Assembly (NCBI GenBank): GCA_965223425.1
Contig: OZ245003.1
Span: 992,001-1,056,000 of the forward strand
Source: Nitrosopumilus sp.
Lineage (GTDB): Archaea; Thermoproteota; Nitrososphaeria; Nitrososphaerales; Nitrosopumilaceae
DNA: 64,000 nt
Direction: 5' to 3'
Shown: piece after piece, positions 31,135 to 39,060 of the stretch
Position numbering within the stretch: the stretch's first letter is position 1
How the letters are laid out: the number at the start of each line of letters is the position of its first letter
The notes under the pieces: model-generated
The model's database searches: none
What the model was told of the DNA's origin: nothing
Seen by the model: the letters and a program-made list of their open reading frames with translations, nothing else
Made by a program: the position numbers and the translations under genes

Positions 31135-32901
31135 TTATATCAAATTTTTATCATGTGCAACTTTTTTCTGTCCTTTGTACAGCGTAATGACTTCCTCATT
31201 TGTGGAAGCATCCTCGACTGCTTTTTCAACTCTGATCTTTCCTGTAAACTTTGGAAATCTCAAAGCAAGGCCTGCATCTTTTCTTATAGCATCTTTTGCC
31301 GCTTTGTGAATTGGGCTCAGTGTAATTTCTGATGCTACAACTTCTATCACTAATTCTGGTTCAAACCACACATCAGCTTCCATTTCACTGTAGATCCGTG
31401 GATTTTTCTTGATTGTCACTTTTGGATTTAAAATCTGATATAACTGATCCAAATCTTCATCTGAAAAACCCGTTCCAACTTTACAAATGCTAGTGAAAAC
31501 GTCCCCATCTTCGTCATATGTTGCAAGTAATAACGTCCCATAACTTCCAGTCCTTCTGCCTTTTCCAAAAAATCCCCCTATCACAACAAGATCTAAACTG
31601 TCTCCTAATTCATTTTGATATTCACGCTTTAGTTTTAACCAATAACTTCCCCTTGAACCTGCTTGATATGGCTTGTCAAGCATTTTTAACATCAAGCCTT
31701 CACTGCCTGCATTGATACTATTTTCCAAAAAGTCCTCGATCTCGTTATTGTTTTTGACTGTTGTCATTGGGATGTGTTTTGCAAAATCTCCCTCCTCGAC
31801 AACTTTTTCTAGTTTTTCTCTTCTGTCTTTGTAAGTTGATTCTAAACAGCTTTTTCCATTGCAGTACAAAATATCAAAAAAATTAACTGTAATCGGATAT
31901 TGCGCAACTGCTTTTTCTATTTTGTATTTTCGTCTTCTATGCATTAATTCTTGAAATGGTAAAAACTCACCCGTGCTCTCGTTGATTGCCACTGCCTCTG
32001 CCTCTAATACTACATTGTCTGCTTTGATTGCTTTGGGAATTTTTTCAATAATATCTGGATAATAACTTGAAATATTTTCCAGGCTTCTAGAAAACAACAC
32101 AACTTTCCCCCCCTCGATGTGAAGTTGTACTCTTTCCCCATCCAATTTGTATTCTGCTGAAAACTCGACTCCCAATTTTTCAATCGCCTCTTCTTTACTT
32201 TTTACCCTGTCTGCAAGCATCGGCCTAATTGGATTAAACAAAATGATTTCAAACTTTTCCACCCCCTCCAATCCTTTGATTGCTACGGTTTCTGCAACTT
32301 TGCCCAAGTCACTTGATACATTGTATGCATGCTCCAAAACTTTTCTGTTGTCTTTATTCCCAGAAAATGCTATTGCCAGTGCATCCATCACTGTATTTTC
32401 TGCAACTCCCAGCCTTAAAGAACCAAGTAGAATTTTCAAAATATAACTGGCTTCTAATGGATTTGCGTCGTTTAGCAAACTCGAAATGTATTTCATCTTC
32501 ATGTCTTGCGAACGAGAACCTTCCAGCTTGGCGATTTTAAATAATGTCTCATAGACTCTTTCTACTGTAATGTCTTCTACAAGAAAGGTAGTCTGGGTTT
32601 TTTGCTCCAGTATGGTTGATGCAGCATGTCCTAAATCTCCGCCTTTCCTGTATTCCTCTTCAATTTTTTTAATTGGAATTCCAGATGATTTTGAAATTGC
32701 TCTTATTGCAAGTTTTTCTGCAACACCTAACTCTACTCCTTCAAAATCTGGCCTTAGTTTTCCTTGTAAGAGATAAGCAATCTTGGACATAACTTCATGA
32801 GGAGTGTTCTCAAATAATTCTACTAGGAATTGTGTTAACTCTAACCTTTTTCTAGTTGATTCCATTTTGTTAAAAGATTCAGCTAAAATAGAAAATTTCA
32901 T
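31135..32901 (-). CDS. lig: ATP-dependent DNA ligase
   Basis: EYKLDGERVQ, EGLMLK, WLKLK, KVGTGFSD and ALRFPKF motifs. Confidence 0.97.
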   Translation of the reverse strand: MKFSILAESFNKMESTRKRLELTQFLVELFENTPHEVMSKIAYLLQGKLRPDFEGVELGVAEKLAIRAISKSSGIPIKKIEEEYRKGGDLGHAASTILEQKTQTTFLVEDITVERVYETLFKIAKLEGSRSQDMKMKYISSLLNDANPLEASYILKILLGSLRLGVAENTVMDALAIAFSGNKDNRKVLEHAYNVSSDLGKVAETVAIKGLEGVEKFEIILFNPIRPMLADRVKSKEEAIEKLGVEFSAEYKLDGERVQLHIEGGKVVLFSRSLENISSYYPDIIEKIPKAIKADNVVLEAEAVAINESTGEFLPFQELMHRRRKYKIEKAVAQYPITVNFFDILYCNGKSCLESTYKDRREKLEKVVEEGDFAKHIPMTTVKNNNEIEDFLENSINAGSEGLMLKMLDKPYQAGSRGSYWLKLKREYQNELGDSLDLVVIGGFFGKGRRTGSYGTLLLATYDEDGDVFTSICKVGTGFSDEDLDQLYQILNPKVTIKKNPRIYSEMEADVWFEPELVIEVVASEITLSPIHKAAKDAIRKDAGLALRFPKFTGKIRVEKAVEDASTNEEVITLYKGQKKVAHDKNLI

Positions 32902-32934
32902 TCTAATCCAGTTATCCTAGATAAAAGCTTGAAA

Positions 32935-33348
32935 CTAAATGTATCTGAAAATTGTTGGTTTTTCTGATTTTGGGTTCTCAGAAACAAGTGCAAAATTGTA
33001 TAATGGATACTCTTTTTTGTATTGTTTCATAAAACTCCACGCCACATCATGCGTTTTAAATTCAGTTCTAATGCCGTCAATCTGGCTCTTTTTTCCAAAC
33101 ACATCAAAGACTACCACTGAATATTGTTTAGGACGATTGTGAGGTTTTGCTTTAAGAAACCATGCAAGTGCAAAAACAAAGACTGATCCTAAAATTACAT
33201 ATTCTCCGGCTACTTTGAAAAATGCCATAACAACTCCTGGTATGGTTTGTCCAAACAGAACTGCCATAAAATTTGAAAATGAAATAACTGCTAGTGCTGT
33301 TATGATGTACGTTTTCCAATTAAAGACTTTTTGAAAAATATTTGGCAT
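32935..33348 (-). CDS. Hypothetical membrane protein
   Basis: Two TM segments plus a conserved-looking C-terminus. Confidence 0.75.
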   Translation of the reverse strand: MPNIFQKVFNWKTYIITALAVISFSNFMAVLFGQTIPGVVMAFFKVAGEYVILGSVFVFALAWFLKAKPHNRPKQYSVVVFDVFGKKSQIDGIRTEFKTHDVAWSFMKQYKKEYPLYNFALVSENPKSEKPTIFRYI

Positions 33349-33371
33349 CTATTTTTAATGGATCTTTTTTG

Positions 33372-33560
33372 ATTTAACTATTTCCCATGAAGGTTCTGTG
33401 AAGTTATCGGGAGTTAACCCCTATAACTCGACTTTGACATATCGGCTATTCGGATTGCCAATGGTGTGCCGGATTCCGTCATCGCCGGCTCAAAAGTGCC
33501 GGACTGCGCTTCACATATGTCATCTCTACTGCCCCTAAACCTGGGGGGCAGCTTGCGTGA
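33372..33560 (-). ncRNA. Putative omegaRNA (scaffold plus ~20-nt guide) overlapping the tnpB 3' end
   Basis: Minus-strand stems ctgcccc/ggggcag, tgacatat/atatgtca and ccggc/gccgg, and a terminal hairpin using the TIR. Position matches known TnpB omegaRNAs. Confidence 0.6.
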
Positions 33561-34682
33561 TATGTTGTTCATGGCAGCGACAATATCCCTGTCCATAAAC
33601 AAACCGCAATTATTACACGACAGTTTACGATGCTGTTGCATGTCCTCTTGGAGTCTCTTTCCGCATTGCGGACACTGCGTGCTCGTGTTTCTTGGGTCTA
33701 CATATTCGACTGGCGGGAGCCCGACCCATCGGGCTTTGTATTCTATTTGGCGTTGCAGCTCGTAGAATTGCCACCCGTTCAATCTGCGCCTGTACTTGTT
33801 GCCCTGACCATTTCCTTTTTTGTAGAGTTTTCTAACTCCTTTCAGGTTTTCTAGAACGATTGCAGCCTTTTCTTTGACGGCATTATCCACAATATCCTTT
33901 GATATTCTGTGGATGTACTGCCTTGCTCTGTCAGTCATTCTTCGCTGTTTTATCTTCCAGAACTGGTTTTTCTTCCTGCGGTCATTTCTGTGGAAGCCTG
34001 CCCTGGCGTGTACTGTGTTCTCCTTTATGGATAACAGTTTGTTTGTCTTGCAGACTGTCACCCCTTCCTCGCTCCCACACGTCACATTTCTTAGGTTTCT
34101 GTCTATTCCAACTTTCTTGGTGCACTCTATCTCTTGTACTTTTTTTGAAACACAAAGACTGATGTTGAGGGCAGTCAGTGAAAACGAGCGCACCGTCAGG
34201 GCGGGATCAGACAGGATTTTTTGGGTGTGATCGTTGAGTAAGATGTTGATTGTGTTGTGTTTCTTGTATGGGATTGTTAGTAGTGCACCGTTGTGTTTTA
34301 TGCCGTAACAGTTTGTCATAAAGGGATTTTTGACTATTGGGTCTCTTATTCTGACGCCTCGTTTGACTGATTGTTTTCTGTTTGATAATATGCCTGCAGC
34401 TCTTGATATTGCACATATCTTGTATGACGATAAAATGCCATAGTTACGCAATTCGTGACAACATAACATGGACAGCCTCTTCATATTGTGAGTGTCTTCT
34501 TTCAACCCTATCTTGATGCAATGATTGGCCATCTTTGTGAATGTAGCCGCCATATCCATTAGGTCAGAGTTTGGCGCATATTTCTGTGATATTGGCTTTA
34601 TCGCCTTCAGCGAATATCTTGCGGTTTGGAGGCTTGTACATTTTGGGAATTGACATGTAACTCCCGATAACTTCACAGAACC
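33392..34682 (-). mobile_element. Non-autonomous TnpB-only element with 25-bp perfect TIRs and an 8-bp TSD
   Basis: TIR ggttctgtgaagttatcgggagtta at 33392-33416 with its exact reverse complement at 34658-34682; flanks cccatgaa (33384-33391) and cctatgaa (34683-34690). Confidence 0.88.
33414..34640 (-). CDS. tnpB: TnpB / Cas12f-like RNA-guided endonuclease
   Basis: RuvC-I VGIDRN, RuvC-II VLENL, Zn finger CPQC...CNNC, RuvC-III DRDIVAAMN. Start uncertain: the ATG at 34656 is out of frame and the first in-frame ATG is near 34559. Confidence 0.92.
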   Translation of the reverse strand, partial: CTSLQTARYSLKAIKPISQKYAPNSDLMDMAATFTKMANHCIKIGLKEDTHNMKRLSMLCCHELRNYGILSSYKICAISRAAGILSNRKQSVKRGVRIRDPIVKNPFMTNCYGIKHNGALLTIPYKKHNTINILLNDHTQKILSDPALTVRSFSLTALNISLCVSKKVQEIECTKKVGIDRNLRNVTCGSEEGVTVCKTNKLLSIKENTVHARAGFHRNDRRKKNQFWKIKQRRMTDRARQYIHRISKDIVDNAVKEKAAIVLENLKGVRKLYKKGNGQGNKYRRRLNGWQFYELQRQIEYKARWVGLPPVEYVDPRNTSTQCPQCGKRLQEDMQQHRKLSCNNCGLFMDRDIVAAMNNISRKLPPRFRGSRDDICEAQSGTFEPAMTESGTPLAIRIADMSKSSYRG

Positions 34683-34708
34683 CCTATGAATAAAAATACG
34701 TACGACAG

Positions 34709-35845
34709 TCAATCTGGATCTTCGTAATTTTCTTTCTTTTCGCCGCTGGAGGTACTCCCCCTCATTGGCTTCATCTTGCTTTTAAGAACATCCATTCTGG
34801 CTCTGTATCCTTCAGCATATTCCAGTTCTGATGGAACAAGTGTAGCCGGATGAATGAATCCCTGGCTTCTAATTGCCATCGCTTTCTTCGTTGCAATCTC
34901 TCTTATGTAGTCCCAGTCCGGAGTTGAGAATCCATCAAATGGACCTGTAAACTTTCCATTATGCATGCTAAACACCAATGACTCAACAATTGGAATGCAG
35001 AAATTTATAGTTGCAGCAGAATTTAGTTTTACAGGCATTAGTGGCATGTTGTGACTGCCTCTTGTATTTCCTGCTACATAATGGGGATTGTTAAAGACGC
35101 TGCCAACTTCTTCTGTTGCTGGAAATTTCTTTTGTGTTCTAACTAAACAGACTGGATCGTCTTTTCCAACATATGTTCCTGCAATGTTGTGCAGTCTGTC
35201 AGTTGATGCTGCAAGAATTGGCTCTCCATCTTTGGTGGTTACTGAGTCTACAACATATCTTCCCGGATACATTAATGCTGCCTCTATTGTTGGCTTGTCT
35301 TGCCATAATTCAAGTTCTGCAACCTTTCCCTCTTCAACATCCATGATGTTCATTTTTACGCCGCCTGCAAGACTCTTGTTAACAATCAATCCTGTATTGC
35401 TTAGCGAGTCTACAAACATTCTATAAATTGGATAATTGAATGCGCCCGGCTCTGTCTTGTCTGCTGCAAATACTGTAAATGCCTCGTTTGGCCTTTCCTC
35501 AAACTCCATTTCCGCAACTCCGGGACCCATCCCTTTTACGTTTCCCGAAAAAGAGTCTTTTAACAGGTCTTGTCCTGCGCCATACAGGCCCTCCTCTTTT
35601 GCGACTTGGGTTCCTGCCATGAATGCGTCCCATGCCAGTTTGTGAATTTGTTGATTGTCTACTCCATGTGTGTGAGACATTACAATATGTGTGTCATCTC
35701 CGCAATAACCAATGTAATAATCAATTAGCAAATCTGCTGAATTTTTAACGGTGCTTCTAACTGCATCAAGCAGTCTGTCACTTGGTTTTGTGTGACCTCC
35801 AACTCCTCCCACATCTGCTTTGATAACTGAAACTGTAATCTTCAT
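34709..35845 (-). CDS. fbp: Fructose-1,6-bisphosphate aldolase/phosphatase (class V)
   Basis: IKADVGG, GDD, LYGAGQDLLKD, DKTEPGAFN and YVGKDDPV motifs. Confidence 0.96.
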   Translation of the reverse strand: MKITVSVIKADVGGVGGHTKPSDRLLDAVRSTVKNSADLLIDYYIGYCGDDTHIVMSHTHGVDNQQIHKLAWDAFMAGTQVAKEEGLYGAGQDLLKDSFSGNVKGMGPGVAEMEFEERPNEAFTVFAADKTEPGAFNYPIYRMFVDSLSNTGLIVNKSLAGGVKMNIMDVEEGKVAELELWQDKPTIEAALMYPGRYVVDSVTTKDGEPILAASTDRLHNIAGTYVGKDDPVCLVRTQKKFPATEEVGSVFNNPHYVAGNTRGSHNMPLMPVKLNSAATINFCIPIVESLVFSMHNGKFTGPFDGFSTPDWDYIREIATKKAMAIRSQGFIHPATLVPSELEYAEGYRARMDVLKSKMKPMRGSTSSGEKKENYEDPD

Positions 35846-35975
35846 AATTCACATTTTTGCTACTTTGATTTATGTGCTTTTAGGAAAATAATGTGATCTG
35901 CAATTAGTTGAAAAAAATTTGATTTTTTTTCAAAAATCCATAACAGTAATAAATGCCCTCAAATAGGCACTTGTT

Positions 35976-37274
35976 ATGGCAGACAAACCCCACCTGAACC
36001 TGATTGTTACAGGCCACATTGATAATGGAAAATCAACGACCATGGGCCATTTCTTGATGGATCTAGGCGTTGTAGACGAGCGAACAATTGCAGCACATGC
36101 TGCTGAATCCGAAAAGACAGGAAAAGGTGATACCTTCAAGTACGCATGGGTTATGGATAACATTAAAGATGAAAGAGAGAGGGGCATTACAATCGATCTG
36201 GCTTTCCAAAAATTTGAGTCTCCAAAGTACTTCTTTACTTTGATTGACGCCCCCGGTCACAGGGACTTTATTAAAAATATGATTACTGGTGCCTCTGAAG
36301 CAGACGCAGCCATTTTGGTATTATCAGCAAAAGAAGGTGAAACTGACACTGCAATCGCTGCAGGCGGACAAGCAAGAGAACACGCATTCTTGCTCAAGAC
36401 ACTCGGTGTGGGCCAACTAATCGTTGCAATTAACAAAATGGATGATAGCAACTACTCTGAGGATGCATTCAAAGCAGCCAAAGAAAAGGGTGAGAAATTA
36501 GTAAAATCTGTGGGTTACAAACTAGAAAACGTACCGTTCATTCCAGTTTCTGGATGGAAAGGTGACAACTTGGTCAAAAAATCTGAGAACATGTCATGGT
36601 ATGCCGGTAAAACGCTGCTTGAAGCATTTGATGACTTTACTGTGGCAGAAAAACCAACTGGCAAGCCGCTACGCGTTCCAGTTCAAGATGTTTACACCAT
36701 TACTGGTGTAGGCACAGTTCCTGTAGGTAGAGTTGAGACAGGAGTTATGAAAGCAGGTGACAAAATTGTTGTTATGCCTTCAGGCTCTCCTGGTGAAATC
36801 AAATCTATTGAAACCCACCACACAGAGATGCCATCTGCAGAGGCAGGTGATAACATTGGTTTTAACTTAAGGGGCGTTGAAAAGAAAGATATCAAGAGAG
36901 GTGATGTACTTGGAACTCCTGATGCGCCACCAAATGTTGCAAAAGAATTCAAGGCACAAATTATAGTCATTCACCACCCAACAGCAATTGCTCCTGGTTA
37001 CACGCCAGTCATGCACGCACACACAGCACAAGTTGCAGCAACTGTTACAGAGTTCCTCCAAAAGATCAACCCGGCAACTGGTGCAGTTGAGGAAGAAAAT
37101 CCAAAGTTCCTTAAAGTTGGAGATTCAGCAATTGTCAAAATTAGGCCGGTGAGGCCAACTTGTATCGAAACCTTCCAAAATTTTCCTGAAATGGGCAGGT
37201 TTGCCCTTAGAGATATGGGCGCAACTATCGCAGCAGGTATTGTTAAGGAAATTACCGAAGAATACAAACCATAG
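35976..37274 (+). CDS. tuf: Elongation factor 1-alpha
   Basis: GHIDNGKST, ERERGITI, DAPGHRDF and NKMD motifs. Confidence 0.98.
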   Translation: MADKPHLNLIVTGHIDNGKSTTMGHFLMDLGVVDERTIAAHAAESEKTGKGDTFKYAWVMDNIKDERERGITIDLAFQKFESPKYFFTLIDAPGHRDFIKNMITGASEADAAILVLSAKEGETDTAIAAGGQAREHAFLLKTLGVGQLIVAINKMDDSNYSEDAFKAAKEKGEKLVKSVGYKLENVPFIPVSGWKGDNLVKKSENMSWYAGKTLLEAFDDFTVAEKPTGKPLRVPVQDVYTITGVGTVPVGRVETGVMKAGDKIVVMPSGSPGEIKSIETHHTEMPSAEAGDNIGFNLRGVEKKDIKRGDVLGTPDAPPNVAKEFKAQIIVIHHPTAIAPGYTPVMHAHTAQVAATVTEFLQKINPATGAVEEENPKFLKVGDSAIVKIRPVRPTCIETFQNFPEMGRFALRDMGATIAAGIVKEITEEYKP

Positions 37275-37283
37275 GCGGATTTC

Positions 37284-37592
37284 ATGACGCAGACTGCCCG
37301 TGTAAAACTTACTTCCACGAGTCTACTGAAACTAGATGGTGTCTGTGGAGAGATCATGGGAATTGGTAAAAAAACCGGTGTTAAAGTAAAAGGCCCAACT
37401 CCGTTGCCTGTAAAAAGGCTACATGTTGCAACTAGAAAGTCCCCTTGTGGCAGTGGCACTGAAACTTATGAGAAATGGGAAATGAAAATGCATAGAAGAA
37501 TAATCAACATTAATGCTGATGATAAAGCCATAAGACAGTTAATGAGACTAAAAATCCCTGATGATGTCTACATTGAGTTATCCCTGACATAA
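37284..37592 (+). CDS. rpsJ: 30S ribosomal protein uS10
   Basis: GPTPLP, RKSPCGSG and HRRII motifs; follows tuf. Confidence 0.97.
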   Translation: MTQTARVKLTSTSLLKLDGVCGEIMGIGKKTGVKVKGPTPLPVKRLHVATRKSPCGSGTETYEKWEMKMHRRIININADDKAIRQLMRLKIPDDVYIELSLT

Positions 37593-37629
37593 TTGGTATC
37601 CTTAAATTATGGAAATTTTGACGGTAAGC

Positions 37630-37824
37630 ATGGCTGAAGAAACCTTTGATTCTGTTGAAGAGAACGCTACTGAAACATTTGATGTAGTCTATTCATGTCT
37701 TAGGTGTGGAACCAATGTTTCTAATACTGAATTGTCTCGTTTACCTGAAATCAAGTGCATCTGTGGGTTTAGAGTATTTACCAAAGCAAGGCCACCTGTT
37801 GTAAAAACAGTAGACGCAATCTAA
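37630..37824 (+). CDS. rpoP: RNA polymerase subunit P (Rpo12)
   Basis: YSCLRCG...KCICGFRVFTKARP zinc ribbon. Confidence 0.85.
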   Translation: MAEETFDSVEENATETFDVVYSCLRCGTNVSNTELSRLPEIKCICGFRVFTKARPPVVKTVDAI

Positions 37825-38022
37825 TTACCTGTCTTTTTTGTAGCTATGTTCTCTTTGTAAATGGGTTCTCATGTCTTCCATGTTTGAAAAATATTTGTTG
37901 CATTCCCTGCAATCATATTGTAAATCTTTGCCATGAACAACCTGTTTATGGTTCATCATTTCTTCTTCTTTTGAAAATTTTTTACCGCAACTATCACATG
38001 TAATTTTTTTAAAAAATCCCAC
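37825..38022 (-). CDS. C2H2 zinc-finger protein
   Basis: Two CxxC-F-H-H fingers. Confidence 0.85.
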   Translation of the reverse strand: MGFFKKITCDSCGKKFSKEEEMMNHKQVVHGKDLQYDCRECNKYFSNMEDMRTHLQREHSYKKDR

Positions 38023-38024
38023 TT

Positions 38025-38435
38025 TTATCCAAACTCTGCTTTCTTTTCATCCCAACATTTTCTGCAAAGCTGGCCTTCAATCCCCCATTTTCCCTTTGGG
38101 TTGTATCTGATCAATCCCATCCTTCCTCCGCACAATGCACAAAAGTTTTTTTTCTTTCCATGATCTTCTTCTTTTTTGTCAAAACATGTTTTGCATAGTA
38201 AACCTTCCATGTCCCACTGCCATCGTGGTTCCCACAAATCTGTAATCTTTTGGGTTGCCCCACATTCAACACATGGCTGTCTTACTTTTCCTTCATAGTA
38301 TTCCTTTGATTTATCAAAATGGCAATCGCCACAAAGTGAGCCCTTGATGTTCCATTCCCTTTTTGGCTTGTGCTTGTGGACCAGTTCTCTGTTGCAAATC
38401 GTACAATACTCTGCTTTCTTGCTAAACAGGCCCAT
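38025..38435 (-). CDS. Triple zinc-finger repeat protein
   Basis: Three repeats of CxxC...P..W...G.LCxxC. Confidence 0.8.
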   Translation of the reverse strand: MGLFSKKAEYCTICNRELVHKHKPKREWNIKGSLCGDCHFDKSKEYYEGKVRQPCVECGATQKITDLWEPRWQWDMEGLLCKTCFDKKEEDHGKKKNFCALCGGRMGLIRYNPKGKWGIEGQLCRKCWDEKKAEFG

Positions 38436-38499
38436 AGTATCCCTGGCTCAACGTTTCATTAAAAATGATTCTAGATACAAACACACAAGGAACAGACTA

Positions 38500-38625
38500 T
38501 TAGGCGTCATTAAGAATTTTCTCAATTGCTTGACTTGTGTTTAACATACCGTGCTCTTTTGCAAACTCTTCGATCATTTTGTACTGCTCATTTGTAAAGC
38601 AAATTGGCATTGAACGCCTTATCAT
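38500..38625 (-). CDS. 41-aa ribbon-helix-helix-like microprotein (not in the ORF track)
   Basis: MIRRSMPICFTNEQYKMIEEFAKEHGMLNTSQAIEKILNDA; strand-helix-G-S-helix pattern. Confidence 0.6.
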   Translation of the reverse strand: MIRRSMPICFTNEQYKMIEEFAKEHGMLNTSQAIEKILNDA

Positions 38626-38754
38626 GCATCACCTTGTTGCTGTCATTTAATATGCTTTATCTTTGATCGGGCTGTGTCCTACGGGCATATGCCGTGACCC
38701 TGCGTTGATGGCATGGGTTGTCCTGTGGGACAGCGCGATATACACATACATTTA

Positions 38755-38827
38755 GTCTGTTTCGTAACTCATTTCAAGCACGAAATTTACCTTGCTTTTC
38801 ACAGTTTAGGCAGGATTGCGCAACAGC
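38755..38827 (-). mobile_element. MITE-like element
   Basis: TA|gtctgtttcgtaac...gcgcaacagc|TA; near-identical to the 17267-17341 copy in reverse orientation. Confidence 0.75.
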
Positions 38828-39060
38828 TAAGCCAAACCAAATTTATAAATACCATCTTAAAAACATCTTGTTGTTGAACCACACCTTTCAGTTATCTACT
38901 TTCAAGAAGCCGTCGCTAGCCGTATTGCGCCTCTGTCATTCCTGTAGTAATCTTGCCTTCCCTGACACAATGTTGCCTGACATCGGGGGGGGGGGGGGTG
39001 GAGGAAGGATTAGCAGCAGTAATGGCATTGGGAGAAGGAGAGTACAGGAGAGTCTGATAG

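Noticed and set aside
33300-34750. Type V-F CRISPR-Cas locus around the TnpB-like gene
   Set aside because: No repeat-spacer array or cas1/cas2 nearby; the flanks are core genes.
38985-38998. G14 tract as a translational phase-variation switch for the giant gene
   Set aside because: In-frame TGA TAG directly precede the TTG start at 39061, so slippage cannot fuse the upstream ATG to the ORF. An effect on the promoter or leader cannot be excluded.
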